From NCBI RefSeq assembly GCF_022045235.1, contig NW_027266280.1, positions 1,488,001 to 1,552,000 of the forward strand: DNA of 64,000 nt. The letters run 5' to 3'. The notes beneath the pieces are model-generated. The model was not told where the DNA came from and made no database searches. It was given only the letters and a program-made list of their open reading frames with translations. Made by a program: the position numbers and the translations under genes. Origin of the DNA: Haliotis cracherodii (lineage: Eukaryota). Shown here piece after piece: positions 1 through 10,755 of this stretch; position 1 is the first letter of the stretch, and each line of letters starts with the position of its first letter.

Positions 1-499
1 TGACGTCCAGAGGGACATTTGTTAGTTTGTGTTTCACATGGCCATCACAGTGGCGTCAAACACAACTCACTCACTCACTCACTCACTCACTCACATCGCC
101 ATCAGGCTAAAACATTTGATTGCATTGTCTCTAATTAAATGAATGAGTTTGTTGTTACACCTCTTATAGCAATATTCCAGCACAATACCGGACACTAACC
201 ATAGACTTCGAACCCCGTCTTTAAGTTCCAGTTCTTTGACTACTATGCTAATTGTATTGGCTGCTACTAATTAAAACGCACATTCATGTGCGTTCAAAGC
301 CTAATGATAGACCTCCAACTTCAGCGCTTGTCACAATTATTTGGTTGAAGTGTTGGTTCTTTTAAATTACTTCCTTAGAAGCTAAGAATTCAAAACTAGT
401 AATAAACCTTCACGAAGTATGAAAGGCAGATTCAAATTTAAAGTGACTAGAGAGAAACAGTTCAAAACGTATGTAATTCCACTTCACCCAAGGCGCCGA

Positions 500-735
500 A
501 AGTCGCTGTACAGAGTTGCGTCCCCCGGGCACGCAAGAAACCTATGATCGTGGGTTCGAATCCCGGTCCTCCCCATTTATGTTTCCAGGTTTGTCAGCAC
601 CATACCCGTGATAGCGGGTTTCACCAAAGTTGTAAACGTCTAAGACCTGCATCACTTTGGGCTCTCCTCCGGAACCAAGCTGACACGCCGGGATATAACT
701 GAAATACTGCTGGAAGCGCGTTGTACTCACTCACA
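500..735 (+). mobile_element. Degenerate tRNA-derived SINE (family also at ~6790-6950, ~21105-21200, ~24340-24500)
   Basis: B-box GGGTTCGAATCCC, shared body caccaaagtKgtaaacgtctRagacctgcatc, 3' gatataactgaaatactg and (CACT)n tail. Confidence 0.55.
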
Positions 736-1286
736 GACTCCACCTCTCAAAAAGATATATTGTTAAAATTCAGAACATAATTTCTCCAGGATCAGACCCT
801 GCAAGGAGAAGAAATCCTGTCTCACATTTTCGCACTTTTTGAATATTTAGCTTTTTTTCAAAGGGCAAGAGAGTGTCCCTTACATTACTTCAAAGTCACA
901 CCATGTTAAATTCATTATGGAGATAAACTGTTGAAATGTGACATTTGTCAATTAGTCCACAGATGTATGGACAAATATAAGTAATATGATTGACAAGTGG
1001 TATTATTGGATCGGGCTGATTTGAGGGATGACGATCCAGGTCATGCTGACATACCATGGATATCCATGTTGTGTACGGATATTAATACAGGTTTACGCAC
1101 AGGTCACAAATCAGATTAAGTTATGCAACGTCAGTCGCGGAAAGTCCTGGGATGGGTTTCGTGTTGTACTGTCCAGTGGCTAAAGTTACCTGTAGCTAGA
1201 AGTTGACAAACTGGCAAACGACTCCTATTACATAAACATTGACATCAATGTTAGTGATTGAAAATATCACATGGTATATATATATA

Positions 1287-1439
1287 GTAATGATTAATTA
1301 AGTGGAGTAAGATTGAACACACAGTTTTAATTGGCTAGCGCTTTCAACTCGTACCACGTACGAGTCTCTTCAGGCCATAACTGACTAACGGACATGTTAT
1401 TACAATATTGTGCCTGAGAGTTAGAGCTTTACTGTGCTT
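1287..1439 (-). mobile_element. Probable solo terminal repeat of a Penelope-like retroelement inserted in a (TA)n tract
   Basis: About 150 bp containing the hammerhead and an ATTAAA signal, bounded by (TA)n runs at ~1275-1286 and ~1440-1453. Confidence 0.5.
1332..1377 (-). ncRNA. Minimal type I hammerhead ribozyme (Penelope-like element terminal-repeat type)
   Basis: Minus strand reads UGGC-CUGAAGA-GACUCGUAC/GUG/GUACGAGUU-GAAA-GCGC-UA-GCCA-AUUAAA. This gives stem I UGGC/GCCA, an intact CUGANGA core, a 9-bp stem II (basal G-U), GAAA, a palindromic AGCGCU stem III and a CUA cleavage triplet. Confidence 0.8.
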
Positions 1440-2094
1440 TATATATATATATACCCGATGTCATATCTATACTGATGAAAGTCGTTTGCAAAGACTTACC
1501 AAACATTACATCATAATGCTTGAAGCGGCCCATCAAGGTCGACTTCATTGTCGTAAGTCGAACGTGGCGAATATTCTTCTCGTATCTTGCTTGTGCAGTG
1601 CAGCTCACACGCGGTCGCGTGGGGAGTGACATACATTCAGCAGTTGCTAGTTGCAAGTATTCCACCATCAACAACGTTTCTACATTGAAAAGTATTATAC
1701 AAAAGTATATGTCCAAACGTAAAGGAGGATTTTGTTATATAATCATGATATGATAATTGTTGTTTTTCTTATTTCTTTGATTCAGTTAAGAGAGATCTTT
1801 GGTATTTCATGTTATCGGGTAATATCCGTGGTCATAAACTGGCGGCCAAAAGAAACTTTACCGTAGTTTTAAATCACTCTAGTTTAAAAACTACAAAAGA
1901 TAGATGCATGAAGTAAAACGTATTGAAAAGATCGAAATCTCAACGAAATCAACACTTAAAATGACAGTCATACATGTGGCATCTGATATTGGCGTGACAG
2001 TTGCCCGAACTGAGGTTGGGTAGCAAACACCAGCTTTCAACGTAATGAACAAAGGGTACACACATCTAAAATCGCTCAAGTTCAATGACACGTC

Positions 2095-2890
2095 ACATTA
2101 ATAGCGTGTGTGACTACTGCCTTCAACAAAACACGCAAAGACAATCCGGCGCACAGAAAACGTCTGCCGTCTGATGATGTCTAATGGGATACGCCGCCAT
2201 TCTTCTTGGAGGTCCTGGTCCATTTCTTGTCGGTTGGCTGGAGGATGTGGTCGCTGTCGAACACGACGATCCATGACATCCCAGAGATGTACTATGGGGG
2301 ACATGTCTGGGGAGGCATCACGTTGACGATGTTGGCTGTATGGGGTCGAACCATGTCATGCTGATAAAGGACACCACGTGGCAGCTGTTGTAGAAATGGT
2401 GGGACAATCGGACGAAAAATGTCATCCATGTGACGCTGAGCTGTCAAATTTCAGTAAACGATGACCAGTGGTGTCTCCTGCCGTCCTCCACACACCATAA
2501 CACCATACGGCACGACCTCCCGAACGCAACATGCCGCCGTTCGTTCTCCGTTAAACACAGTCTTCCATCAGCTCTAAACAGACAAAACCGGCTTTCATCA
2601 GTGAAGACAACCCTCTACCAGTGACGTCACAGACGTACAGTCCGGGCCCATCTAAATCTCTGGCGACGATGTTGCTCTGTCAACAACTGTCCTCTGTAAG
2701 GTCTGGCCACTGTCTGTCGTCTAACCATATGCCCTAAGGGCATTCGTCGTGGATGACGTCACTGCGAGGTATCGATTCCGGAGATGCGAAGTACACAAGT
2801 ACAAGTCTTCATTGGGCGTAGTTACCCTGGGTCTGCCTGTTCTTGGCCTGTCTCATCTCTGACCGATCTGTCTGTAACGTTGCATCAGGT
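2095..2890 (-). mobile_element. Decayed Tc1/mariner transposase fragment
   Basis: ORF 2098-2304 SPIVHLWDVMDRRVR...EEWRRIP...HTRY matches the Tc1 SPDLNPIEHLW...GGHTRY C-terminus. Upstream VFTDESRF motif (revcomp of ccggctttcatcagtgaagac). Frameshifted. Confidence 0.85.
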
Positions 2891-2898
2891 TTGCATCA

Positions 2899-3174
2899 TG
2901 TGATTTAGATCATGTTGGCAGGAAAACTTAGATTTATTATGTTAAAAATATTTTGTTTAGCTCTGGATTGGGATGCCCAAGGGAATTCCAGAACGTTGAT
3001 AGTAAAGAACCTTTTCTGAATTAATTTTCATCAGGCATGAATGATTGTTATGTGCAGTCTATCAAACACTGCGTATGTACCGAGCCTAAGGGGCGGCGGG
3101 GTGGCCTAGTGGCTAAACAAAATATTTTTAACATAATAAATCTAAGTTTTCCTGCCAACATGATCTAAATCACA
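2899..3174. repeat. 63-bp perfect inverted repeat (2899-2961 / 3112-3174)
   Basis: tgtgatttagatcatgttggcaggaaaacttagatttattatgttaaaaatattttgtttagc and its exact reverse complement. Confidence 0.85.
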
Positions 3175-3851
3175 CGACATAATATAGCACTGTTTTGGGT
3201 ATCTAACCTCCGGCAGCTTCAAAAAGTTCAATCAGTATTAAACAACTCTTAATGGGGAACCAACAAACATGTAATTCCTGCCACATTCAGCTGAAACGGC
3301 AACATTTGTACAGTTATAACTTATACGCAACACATACGTGCAAAGCTTCACCTGAAACTGTTCGACATCTGCCCATATCTGAAATCCCCATACTTCGCTT
3401 TATTTGAACATCAAACATTTCAAATAAAAGCTGATACCGGAGAATCTCATATATTCTACGTTTGGTTGCCAAAAACTGGAGATATTGCTTTATTTGCCCT
3501 TTTTCACAAGAGTTTTTTACTGTTCATGATATTTTGAAATTATTAACCTTCTATCACCAACATCCCAGGCTTCATGCTGCTTTTACTAACCACCTTTCTG
3601 TTAAACCTCATATTTGACAAAATTGAGCGAATGTCATTCTTTCTCTATCTACAAACTGATGACAGAATCAGAATTAGACACAGACCATCTGCATTCAAGA
3701 ACAAATACATTTCCAAAACACCAGACCAATAAATGGCAAAAAGTGAAAAACACGTGCCGCTTGGGTAACCGAAACTACTCTTGCAATAAGGTATATAAAT
3801 TATATGGACGGCATGTCAGACACTCACACCGATAAAAAAAAACACCACAGA

Positions 3852-4030
3852 AATGCCACGACTGAGACTCGAACAGTGCGAGCGGGCCCTGGGTATGATA
3901 CATTGCTAAAACTTTCGGTTGCTCCCGTGTTGGTGTAGCTAACCTGATGCAACGTTACAGATAGATCGGGAAGAGATAAGACAGGCCAAGAACAGGCAGA
4001 ACCCGGGTAACTACGCCCAATGAAGACTAT
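3852..4030 (+). mobile_element. Tc1 transposase 5' (HTH) fragment, inverted relative to 2800-2890
   Basis: MPRLRLEQCERALGM start. agacaggccaagaacaggcagaacccgggtaactacgcccaatgaagact is the near reverse complement of ~2803-2855. Confidence 0.7.
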
Positions 4031-4267
4031 GTGTGACGCCCATTTACGGTGTCCCCCGCCGTGCTATTGCTGGAATAGTGCTGAAAGCGACGTAAAACCA
4101 TACTCACTCACGACTGTGTCTTATGTGTTAGAGTTACGGCGCGGGATCACCTTATTATGAATACTGGATGACGCATGGAGTAATCAGACAGTCAGTTTTG
4201 TGTAATATTGTTGAAGATGAATTTCGTTGTATAAATGAATGTCCACTATATAACGATTTGCATCATA

Positions 4268-5290
4268 TATAGTCTGCAAAAAAAGAAAAGCAAAAGTGAT
4301 TTTAGATCTATATTTTATGTATCATATAAATAATCAACAGATGGTAAGCGATGGTAGAATAGGCCCATATCATTGTCATTGACCAAGGCTCCATATGGCG
4401 CACAATGAACAGTATATTTTGAAGGTAAAGATCATCTGTTCTCAATATCTTGTATGGCCTCCATTAGAGTCCAAAACTGATTGGCGTCGTGGTCCCATGG
4501 AAGTAATCAGATCCCGAGTTGTGACCGGGGAATGTCCACCCACTCTGCCTTCCAACTGTCGGAGGTTCTGTGCATGTCGCTGACGTGCTCGCAGGCGTTG
4601 ATTCAGTGCATCCCATAAATGTTAGATTGGGTTTGAATCTGGAGACCTGGAGGGCCACAGCAGCAACAGGATGTGGTGATTCCTACAAACGACTGTTGTC
4701 AGTCTTCACGTATGAGGCCGGGCGTTGTTTTGTTGGAAAATGACGTTTGCTAAGGACGTGTGGTCGAAGGATCTCATCCGTTGTGCCGTTAAATTCTCCA
4801 GACCTTACACAAAGTCTGTGTCCAACAGTGTAGGAGGGGCGGTCGGGTAGCCTTGTGGTTAAAGCGTACGCTCGTCACGCCGAAGACCCGGGTTCGATTC
4901 CCGACATGGGTACAATGTGTGAAGCCCATTTCTTGTGTCCCCCGCCGTGATATTGCTGGAATATTGCTAAAAGCGACGTAAAACCATACTCACTCACTCA
5001 CTCACCAGTGTAGGAGATGGCTGCCCCCCTCATCACGCTACCACCACCAAATCTGTCCACTTCCTGTATGCAGTCTCGTGCATAACGTTCCCCACGACGC
5101 CTGTAATCACGATGTCTACCATCCGCACGGCGAAGCGTAAACTGTAACTCGTCACTAAACCAAACTTGTCTCCTTCGCAGTTGTGGCCATATTACTGTTT
5201 GCAGGCGGCCGAAGGCTTTGTTGCGTTGGGCTTCCGTCAGTCGTGGCATGTTTGGGCGTGATGTAAGATTGTGATGGTATGCAGATGTAG
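4268..5290 (-). mobile_element. Decayed Tc1/mariner element with nested SINE
   Basis: ORF 4998-5249 MPRLTEAQRNKAFGRLQ...WFSDE...RRRGERY...GGGSVM. C-terminal GGHTRY* near 4443-4461. TIR-like tagtctgcaaaaaaagaaa at ~4270. Confidence 0.85.
4837..5005 (+). mobile_element. Full-length tRNA-derived SINE (family A) with TSD
   Basis: A-box TAGCCTTGTGG, B-box GGTTCGATTCC, (CACT)n tail. TSD cagtgtaggag at 4826-4836 and 5006-5016. Confidence 0.92.
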
Positions 5291-5386
5291 ACCCAGTGCT
5301 TATACGAAATAAAACTGATTGGTGGATTGATTGTTAGTAGTGGTGGCATTCATCGGAGTAGTACAAGCAATTCCGATAATAGTAGG

Positions 5387-6060
5387 GAGTGAATGAGTAT
5401 GATTTACGCCGCTTTTAGCAGTTTTCCGGGACTGTGACGGCGAGGGACACCAGAAAAGACCTTCACACATTGCACCCATGTGGGGAATCGAACCCGGGTC
5501 TTCGGCGTAATGAGCGAACGCTTTACCCAGCAGGCTACCCCACCAACCCAGCAGTGGTAGTGGTAGTAGTAGTTGTTTGTTTGTCAATAGTATTTAATCT
5601 ATAAAGGTGGTGGTCTCTAAATAATCAAGTCTGGACCAGACAATCCAGTGATTTGACATCATCAGTCCACGCATTTAGGATGATGACATGCATCAACCAA
5701 GTCAGGGAGCCTGACCACCCGATCCCGTTAGTCGCCTCTTACCACAAGTAATATAGGTAATGAACGGCTGGAATGTTTCTTTCCAATTACCAAGAAGAGT
5801 ATATAGTCTGGTGTCCTAGTAAAATGAACGAAGAACTTAGTAAAAATGTTGAATATCACTTTGTTAACCAAAGACATTGGCTTAACACATCGCACCACTG
5901 TGGGGAATCGAACCCGGGTCTTCGGCGTAATGAGCGAACGCTTTACCCAGCAGGCCACCCCACCAACCCGGTAGTAGTAGTAGTTGTTTGTTTGTCTGTA
6001 GTATTCAATCTATATGACGGCGGTCTCTATGGTCCAAACAATTCCATGATTGTCATCATG
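5387..6060 (-). mobile_element. Cluster of SINE family A and family B copies, partly tandemly duplicated
   Basis: Family A copy ~5387-5545, family B fragment ~5575-5745, and a repeat of the A-head/B-tail junction at ~5880-6060. Confidence 0.75.
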
Positions 6061-6063
6061 AAC

Positions 6064-6101
<38 letters not shown>
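6064..6101. repeat. (TAG)n microsatellite
   Basis: Direct reading. Confidence 0.95.
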
Positions 6102-6102
<1 letters not shown>

Positions 6103-6959
6103 GCCGACACAGCGCTGACGCGACAGACATCTGAGAGAGTCGAGTGAATGAACAACGTCCAACGCTGCGCCTCACAGCGAGAGCTATTAATGTCACGTGA
6201 CCAGAGGAATGCGGAAGTTGGATCAGAGAAGCGTGAAGCACGATCCCGACCGCACGAGCAGGCTGGGGTTTTGTGACTGGGACACATCGGTCATGCACAA
6301 CAAGGGAGCATGGCGACCAGGAGCTCAAATTTCAGGCTTGACGTCACAATGAGAGAGTGAAGCGTCACATCGTGTGGTCGGTCCTCACTTCTCTGTGGTG
6401 AACGTGTGTGTCCTGCTTGAATTGGGTATTTCCCTGCCCCGTCATTGATCTAGCATGTTGTATTAATAGATTAGTACAAGCGGAAGTAACGATAAAAATA
6501 GACGCGTATTTGGACAAGTCAAAGAATTATGAAGCACAATTACCATCGTACCAATAGCTGCTTGTGGGCGAGGAGGGGACGACAGGGGGAGCTGGTGTTT
6601 ATGACGCGGCTGTGAACAGTATCAGTTGTATCACGGCGTGTGAGGTGGGGTGGGTGGAAGTGATTCAGGCCTAACACCTTTGGCATTTTTGGTGACACCC
6701 ACGAGTGCTTTATCGTGCTGACAAACATGGAAACAATCGGGGGAGGGAGGAGGGAGTCGATTGGATATCGTAAGCGTAAGATTCTGGTACGCCTAAGGGA
6801 CGCAACTCTGCACAGCGAATTGCAGTGACTTCGTCGAGTGTATGACTCCGGGTTTTCCTCCCACATCTAGCTGACACACCGTGATATAATTGAAATACTG
6901 TTGAAAGCGGCGTTTAACCAAATTAACTCACTCCCTCACTCATCACTCATTCATTCCAA

Positions 6960-6960
<1 letters not shown>

Positions 6961-7008
<48 letters not shown>

Positions 7009-7048
7009 CACTACCTCACTCACTCACTCACTCACTCACTCACTCGCT
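6961..7048. repeat. (CA)n plus (CACT)n microsatellite
   Basis: Direct reading. Confidence 0.9.
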
Positions 7049-7599
7049 CATTCCAAACAAGTAGATCAGACAGTTTTGGAAGAAAAACATTTCACTTCTC
7101 AAAGTTTTTATTCGTTCAACATCCAACTGGGCATTTGTACGAAAGTACAAAATGCACTCAATGCACTCTAATGCATTAACCGTACAGAACAGGAAAACTA
7201 CGGTTTTTAAGAACATGACAAAACGGCCTCGTGTATTACCCGCAGTATTACATGTTATAAACATTATCTCTTGTTAACAGATATATGGTCATGGAGTTCA
7301 ATATATAGTTAATAGACATTATATACATTAAAATAATAGACATATCGCTCTAGAATCACATGGGAATAATAACTTAATAAACATGTAGAAAGACACACAA
7401 ATATTAAATAACGTATATTATTAATGTGTCAAATATCATCGGTCCAATATTTCAAATAAATCAAATGAGTACGATAAATGAAACATGCGCAGCGTGAATG
7501 TCATGATATGGCGGGAATACACTGAAACTCCCTCACAGCGGGCAAAAGGCGCCTACTCTCTGCATGAAGTGATTCGTTTTGTTTTGTTTGTTGTGGCTT

Positions 7600-7727
7600 A
7601 ACCTGCATCAACCAAGTCAGCGAGCCTGACCACCCGATCCCGTTAGTCGCCTCTTACGACAAGCATAGTCGCCTTTAACGGCAAGCATGGGTTGCTGAAG
7701 ACCTATTCTACCGCGGATCTTCACGGA
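7600..7727 (-). mobile_element. SINE family B fragment in the predicted 3' UTR of IL-17 copy 1
   Basis: tgcatcaaccaagtcagcgagcctgaccacccgatcccgttagtcgcc...tcttcacgg, near identical to 18577-18700. Confidence 0.85.
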
Positions 7728-8066
7728 TCCTGAGTTAATCAAATGCGGCATGATAGATGTGGGAATTGCACGACACGGCCGACAAACATGTCCTTCAGAG
7801 TAAAATACAAAACGTATAATGCTGACAGGGGATAAAATTATCACATCCAACTCCATAGAAGGCTATGGAAAACAAAAGTGAAGTACTCAGTCGACGAAGA
7901 ACACAAGGTCTGCAACATTTGTCCATTGTCAACGTAAACCTGTACAAATAAATACCAGCCATTAACTGACTTAATCGATGTTTCCAAACACTGGAATGAG
8001 TATCGTGGCTGGAACGTATACATATATGCTAACAACATAATCACGTGGAATGGGTTTGCCTGTATA

Positions 8067-8714
8067 TTATTTTGTGCATGGATAGTCGCCACACATCAGG
8101 GTACGGGAAATGCCGCTCGAACTAGACTGACTAAGATTTAACGTCGCTATGCGACGGTTAGCGCACGTGCATCCAACATAGTGAGCGATAGTTTTAGGTT
8201 TGTATTTGTAAAATCCATTTCCACAGCCAATTTCTTCTAAAACTCGGATTTGAGTGGAAACTCTCTCGCACTGCTTTTGGTTATTGTCAACGCATTTCTC
8301 ACACTTACACACGGCCTGGGGGATGGCACTTGGGTAGTGACCGGCGGGGAGACGGGTGACGTTGTAGTACCAGGGACAGAGGGACCTCATCCACAGGGGG
8401 TCCTGAGGGTCGTCACTGACGCTGCTGGGACAGGTGGTACCTCTGTAGTAGTTCTCGCTGTCGAATACCTGGTCCGTGTTCAGTTCTGTGTGGAGGTACG
8501 GCCTTATGCCTTCTCGGACATGGCGGAAGTAGAGCGACGTGTCGGCGTTCTTGTTGAGACTTTGGAAGAGTTGGTTGATATCTTGAGGTGGTTGACAGTT
8601 GGCGGCGTGACGACGTTGACTTATCACGTCGTCCCAGTGTGTGGCCACAGGTAACGCTGACACAAGAGTTTTGTAGACAAGGATTTGCATGAACACCAAA
8701 CGCAGCAACATCAT
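8067..8714 (-). CDS. IL17: Interleukin-17 family cytokine, copy 1 (divergent paralog, single exon)
   Basis: Signal peptide MMLLRLVFMQILVYKTLVSA|LP. IL-17 motifs RSLCPWYY, YPSAIPQAVC, CERVSTQIRVL and YVGCTC. Start placed at ATG 8714 by alignment to paralogs; an in-frame ATG also exists at 8747. Confidence 0.92.
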   Translation of the reverse strand: MMLLRLVFMQILVYKTLVSALPVATHWDDVISQRRHAANCQPPQDINQLFQSLNKNADTSLYFRHVREGIRPYLHTELNTDQVFDSENYYRGTTCPSSVSDDPQDPLWMRSLCPWYYNVTRLPAGHYPSAIPQAVCKCEKCVDNNQKQCERVSTQIRVLEEIGCGNGFYKYKPKTIAHYVGCTCANRRIATLNLSQSSSSGISRTLMCGDYPCTK

Positions 8715-8795
8715 GGAAGAATCGCCGTATTTCGATGTCTGATACATATTGGTGATCAACAAATGCGAACTGTCCTAGTCTATCCAGGCCGCGCT

Positions 8796-8826
8796 CTTAT
8801 ATAACTACTGTATTACAAAATCCCCT
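8796..8826 (-). promoter_or_regulatory. TATA box and kB-like site of IL-17 copy 1
   Basis: Minus strand GGGGATTTTGTAAT...TTATATAAG about 85 bp upstream of ATG 8714. The kB match is imperfect. Confidence 0.55.
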
Positions 8827-9294
8827 TCCACAACAGCATTCCAAAAATAGATGTTTTTTGCGGATGAGTTATCATTCGCGCACGGAGCTGTATCTCGTGA
8901 CTGGAAAACGTTAATTAGGCGCACACAGTTCATCAACATTGCAACACTGAGAGTTTGTTCTTATAGGGTTGTGTTTCCAAACTGTCGTACATGTGGCAAT
9001 AGTGTTGTCTTGGAATACGTTGTCTGCAACATTTTCTGCAATACATTTCTGCAATTATTTTATGATGTGAAAGTTAAAGTATAATGTTATGATTCATTGT
9101 GCAACATTGTAAGACAATTTACAGAAATGCCCATGGCTCTCTTGAATTGAACGAAACATTTTATATCGTACGGGGAACCAACATCCCGGGGTATTTATTT
9201 TAGGGACACTGATATATCTTGATACATATCGTACGGGCATCAATATATCATGGTGAATGTCGTACAGGCACAATATATCAGGATATAATTCTTA

Positions 9295-9810
9295 CGGGTA
9301 CCAATATACCATGGTATACATTGTGTGGGTACTAATATATCATGGTATAAATCGTGTGGGTACCAATATATCATGGTATACATCGTGTGGGTACTAATAT
9401 ATCATGGTATACATCGTGTGGGTACCAATATATCACGGTATACATTGTGTGGGTACCAATATATCATGGTATACATCGTGTGGGTACTAATATATCATGG
9501 TATACATTGTGTGGGTACTAATATATCATGGTATACATCGTGTGGGTACCAATATATCATGGTATACATTGTGTGGGTACCAGTATATCATGGTATACAT
9601 CGTGTGGGTACTAATATATCATGGTATACATTATGTGGGTACTAATATATCATGGTCTACATCGTGTGGGTACCAATATATCACGGAATACATTGTGTGG
9701 GTACCAATATATCACGGTATACATTGTGTGGGTACTAATATATCATGGTATACATTGTGTGGGTACCAGCATATCATGGTATACATCGTGTGGGTACCAA
9801 TGTATCATGA
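9295..9810. repeat. 31-bp minisatellite (ggtatacatYgtgtgggtacYaatatatcat)
   Basis: About 16 tandem units. Source of spurious ORFs 9325-10076. Confidence 0.95.
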
Positions 9811-10755
9811 AATGGATCATGTTGGCACCAACGATACGGTTATTTTTTAATATATCAAAATCACATCAGCACCAAAATAGTTATCAGGACAGTCTCTGTC
9901 CTGACGATATTCCTCTCTATTTCCTGAATGAAGTCACATCATGTCGGGGAGACATTTTTATTTATAATACCAGTTACATGATATGCCTCCAGTCATCGTT
10001 ATATTTAACAACTGGGGTATTGCAGATGTCAATACCTATAAGTAGAACGTATAATTTCGTTCAACTTTGGAAATAAAACAGTTAATGATTTAAAGAAACA
10101 ATCTGAAATAGTTTGTGCGAGTTTCTCATAATCGTTTATTGGTTATTCAGTACAAATCCAGTGACGCGTATATTTTAGATTATCCAAGATGAGGTTTAAT
10201 AATCACTCCATATCATGTCATGTAAGTTTGTATAGAACTTCAAGATAATTACTTTGATCACACAGATCAATGTATTTACGTTCACAAAAAGGATAAAAGT
10301 GTACATTAATCGTCAACCGATATTCATGACTTCATGAAATAAATAACTGCACCAGGATCTTTATCGCGTACGACGTCAGAAAGGGGCGAGATGATAGAAG
10401 ACGGCACCAAGTTCCGTCCACCCCTAGTGCATGCACATCCTAGACAACGTTTGTTTGCTTGTTGCGACAACGCGTAACATGATAGGAAACTTTCTGAGGG
10501 TTTGGAAAGATATTTTAGGGATACCTTTTCACAGATCCTTTTGGTTATACTTACATTGGGCTATGACGTAGAGACAAGCCCTTGAAATGACTTAAATGGT
10601 TTGCGCTCCGTTAGCTCTGTATATCAAGGGCGTCAAGTGCCGCAGTGGAGCTTACAGTCCCGAGACAGCAATGGTGACACACTCATGCTGGTGTATTGTT
10701 TTCTAAGTAAAACTCAATCTATCCAAGCAAAATAGCTATTTGTCTTCAATTTCAA

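Noticed and set aside
1472-1505. CTGATGA-AAGTC...GACTT second hammerhead candidate
   Set aside because: No GAAA after stem II and no stem I pairing.
1429-1716. 95-aa ORF next to the hammerhead as a possible Penelope RT remnant
   Set aside because: No convincing RT or GIY-YIG motif, and it lies mostly outside the (TA)n-bounded segment.
4837-4910. tRNA gene calls at SINE heads (also 19316 and 42646)
   Set aside because: They continue into SINE bodies with tails and TSDs, so they are not tRNA genes.
8250-8654. Recurrent antisense ORFs MSGNSLAL... opposite most IL-17 copies
   Set aside because: Shadows of the conserved sense CDS, beginning at non-ATG codons.
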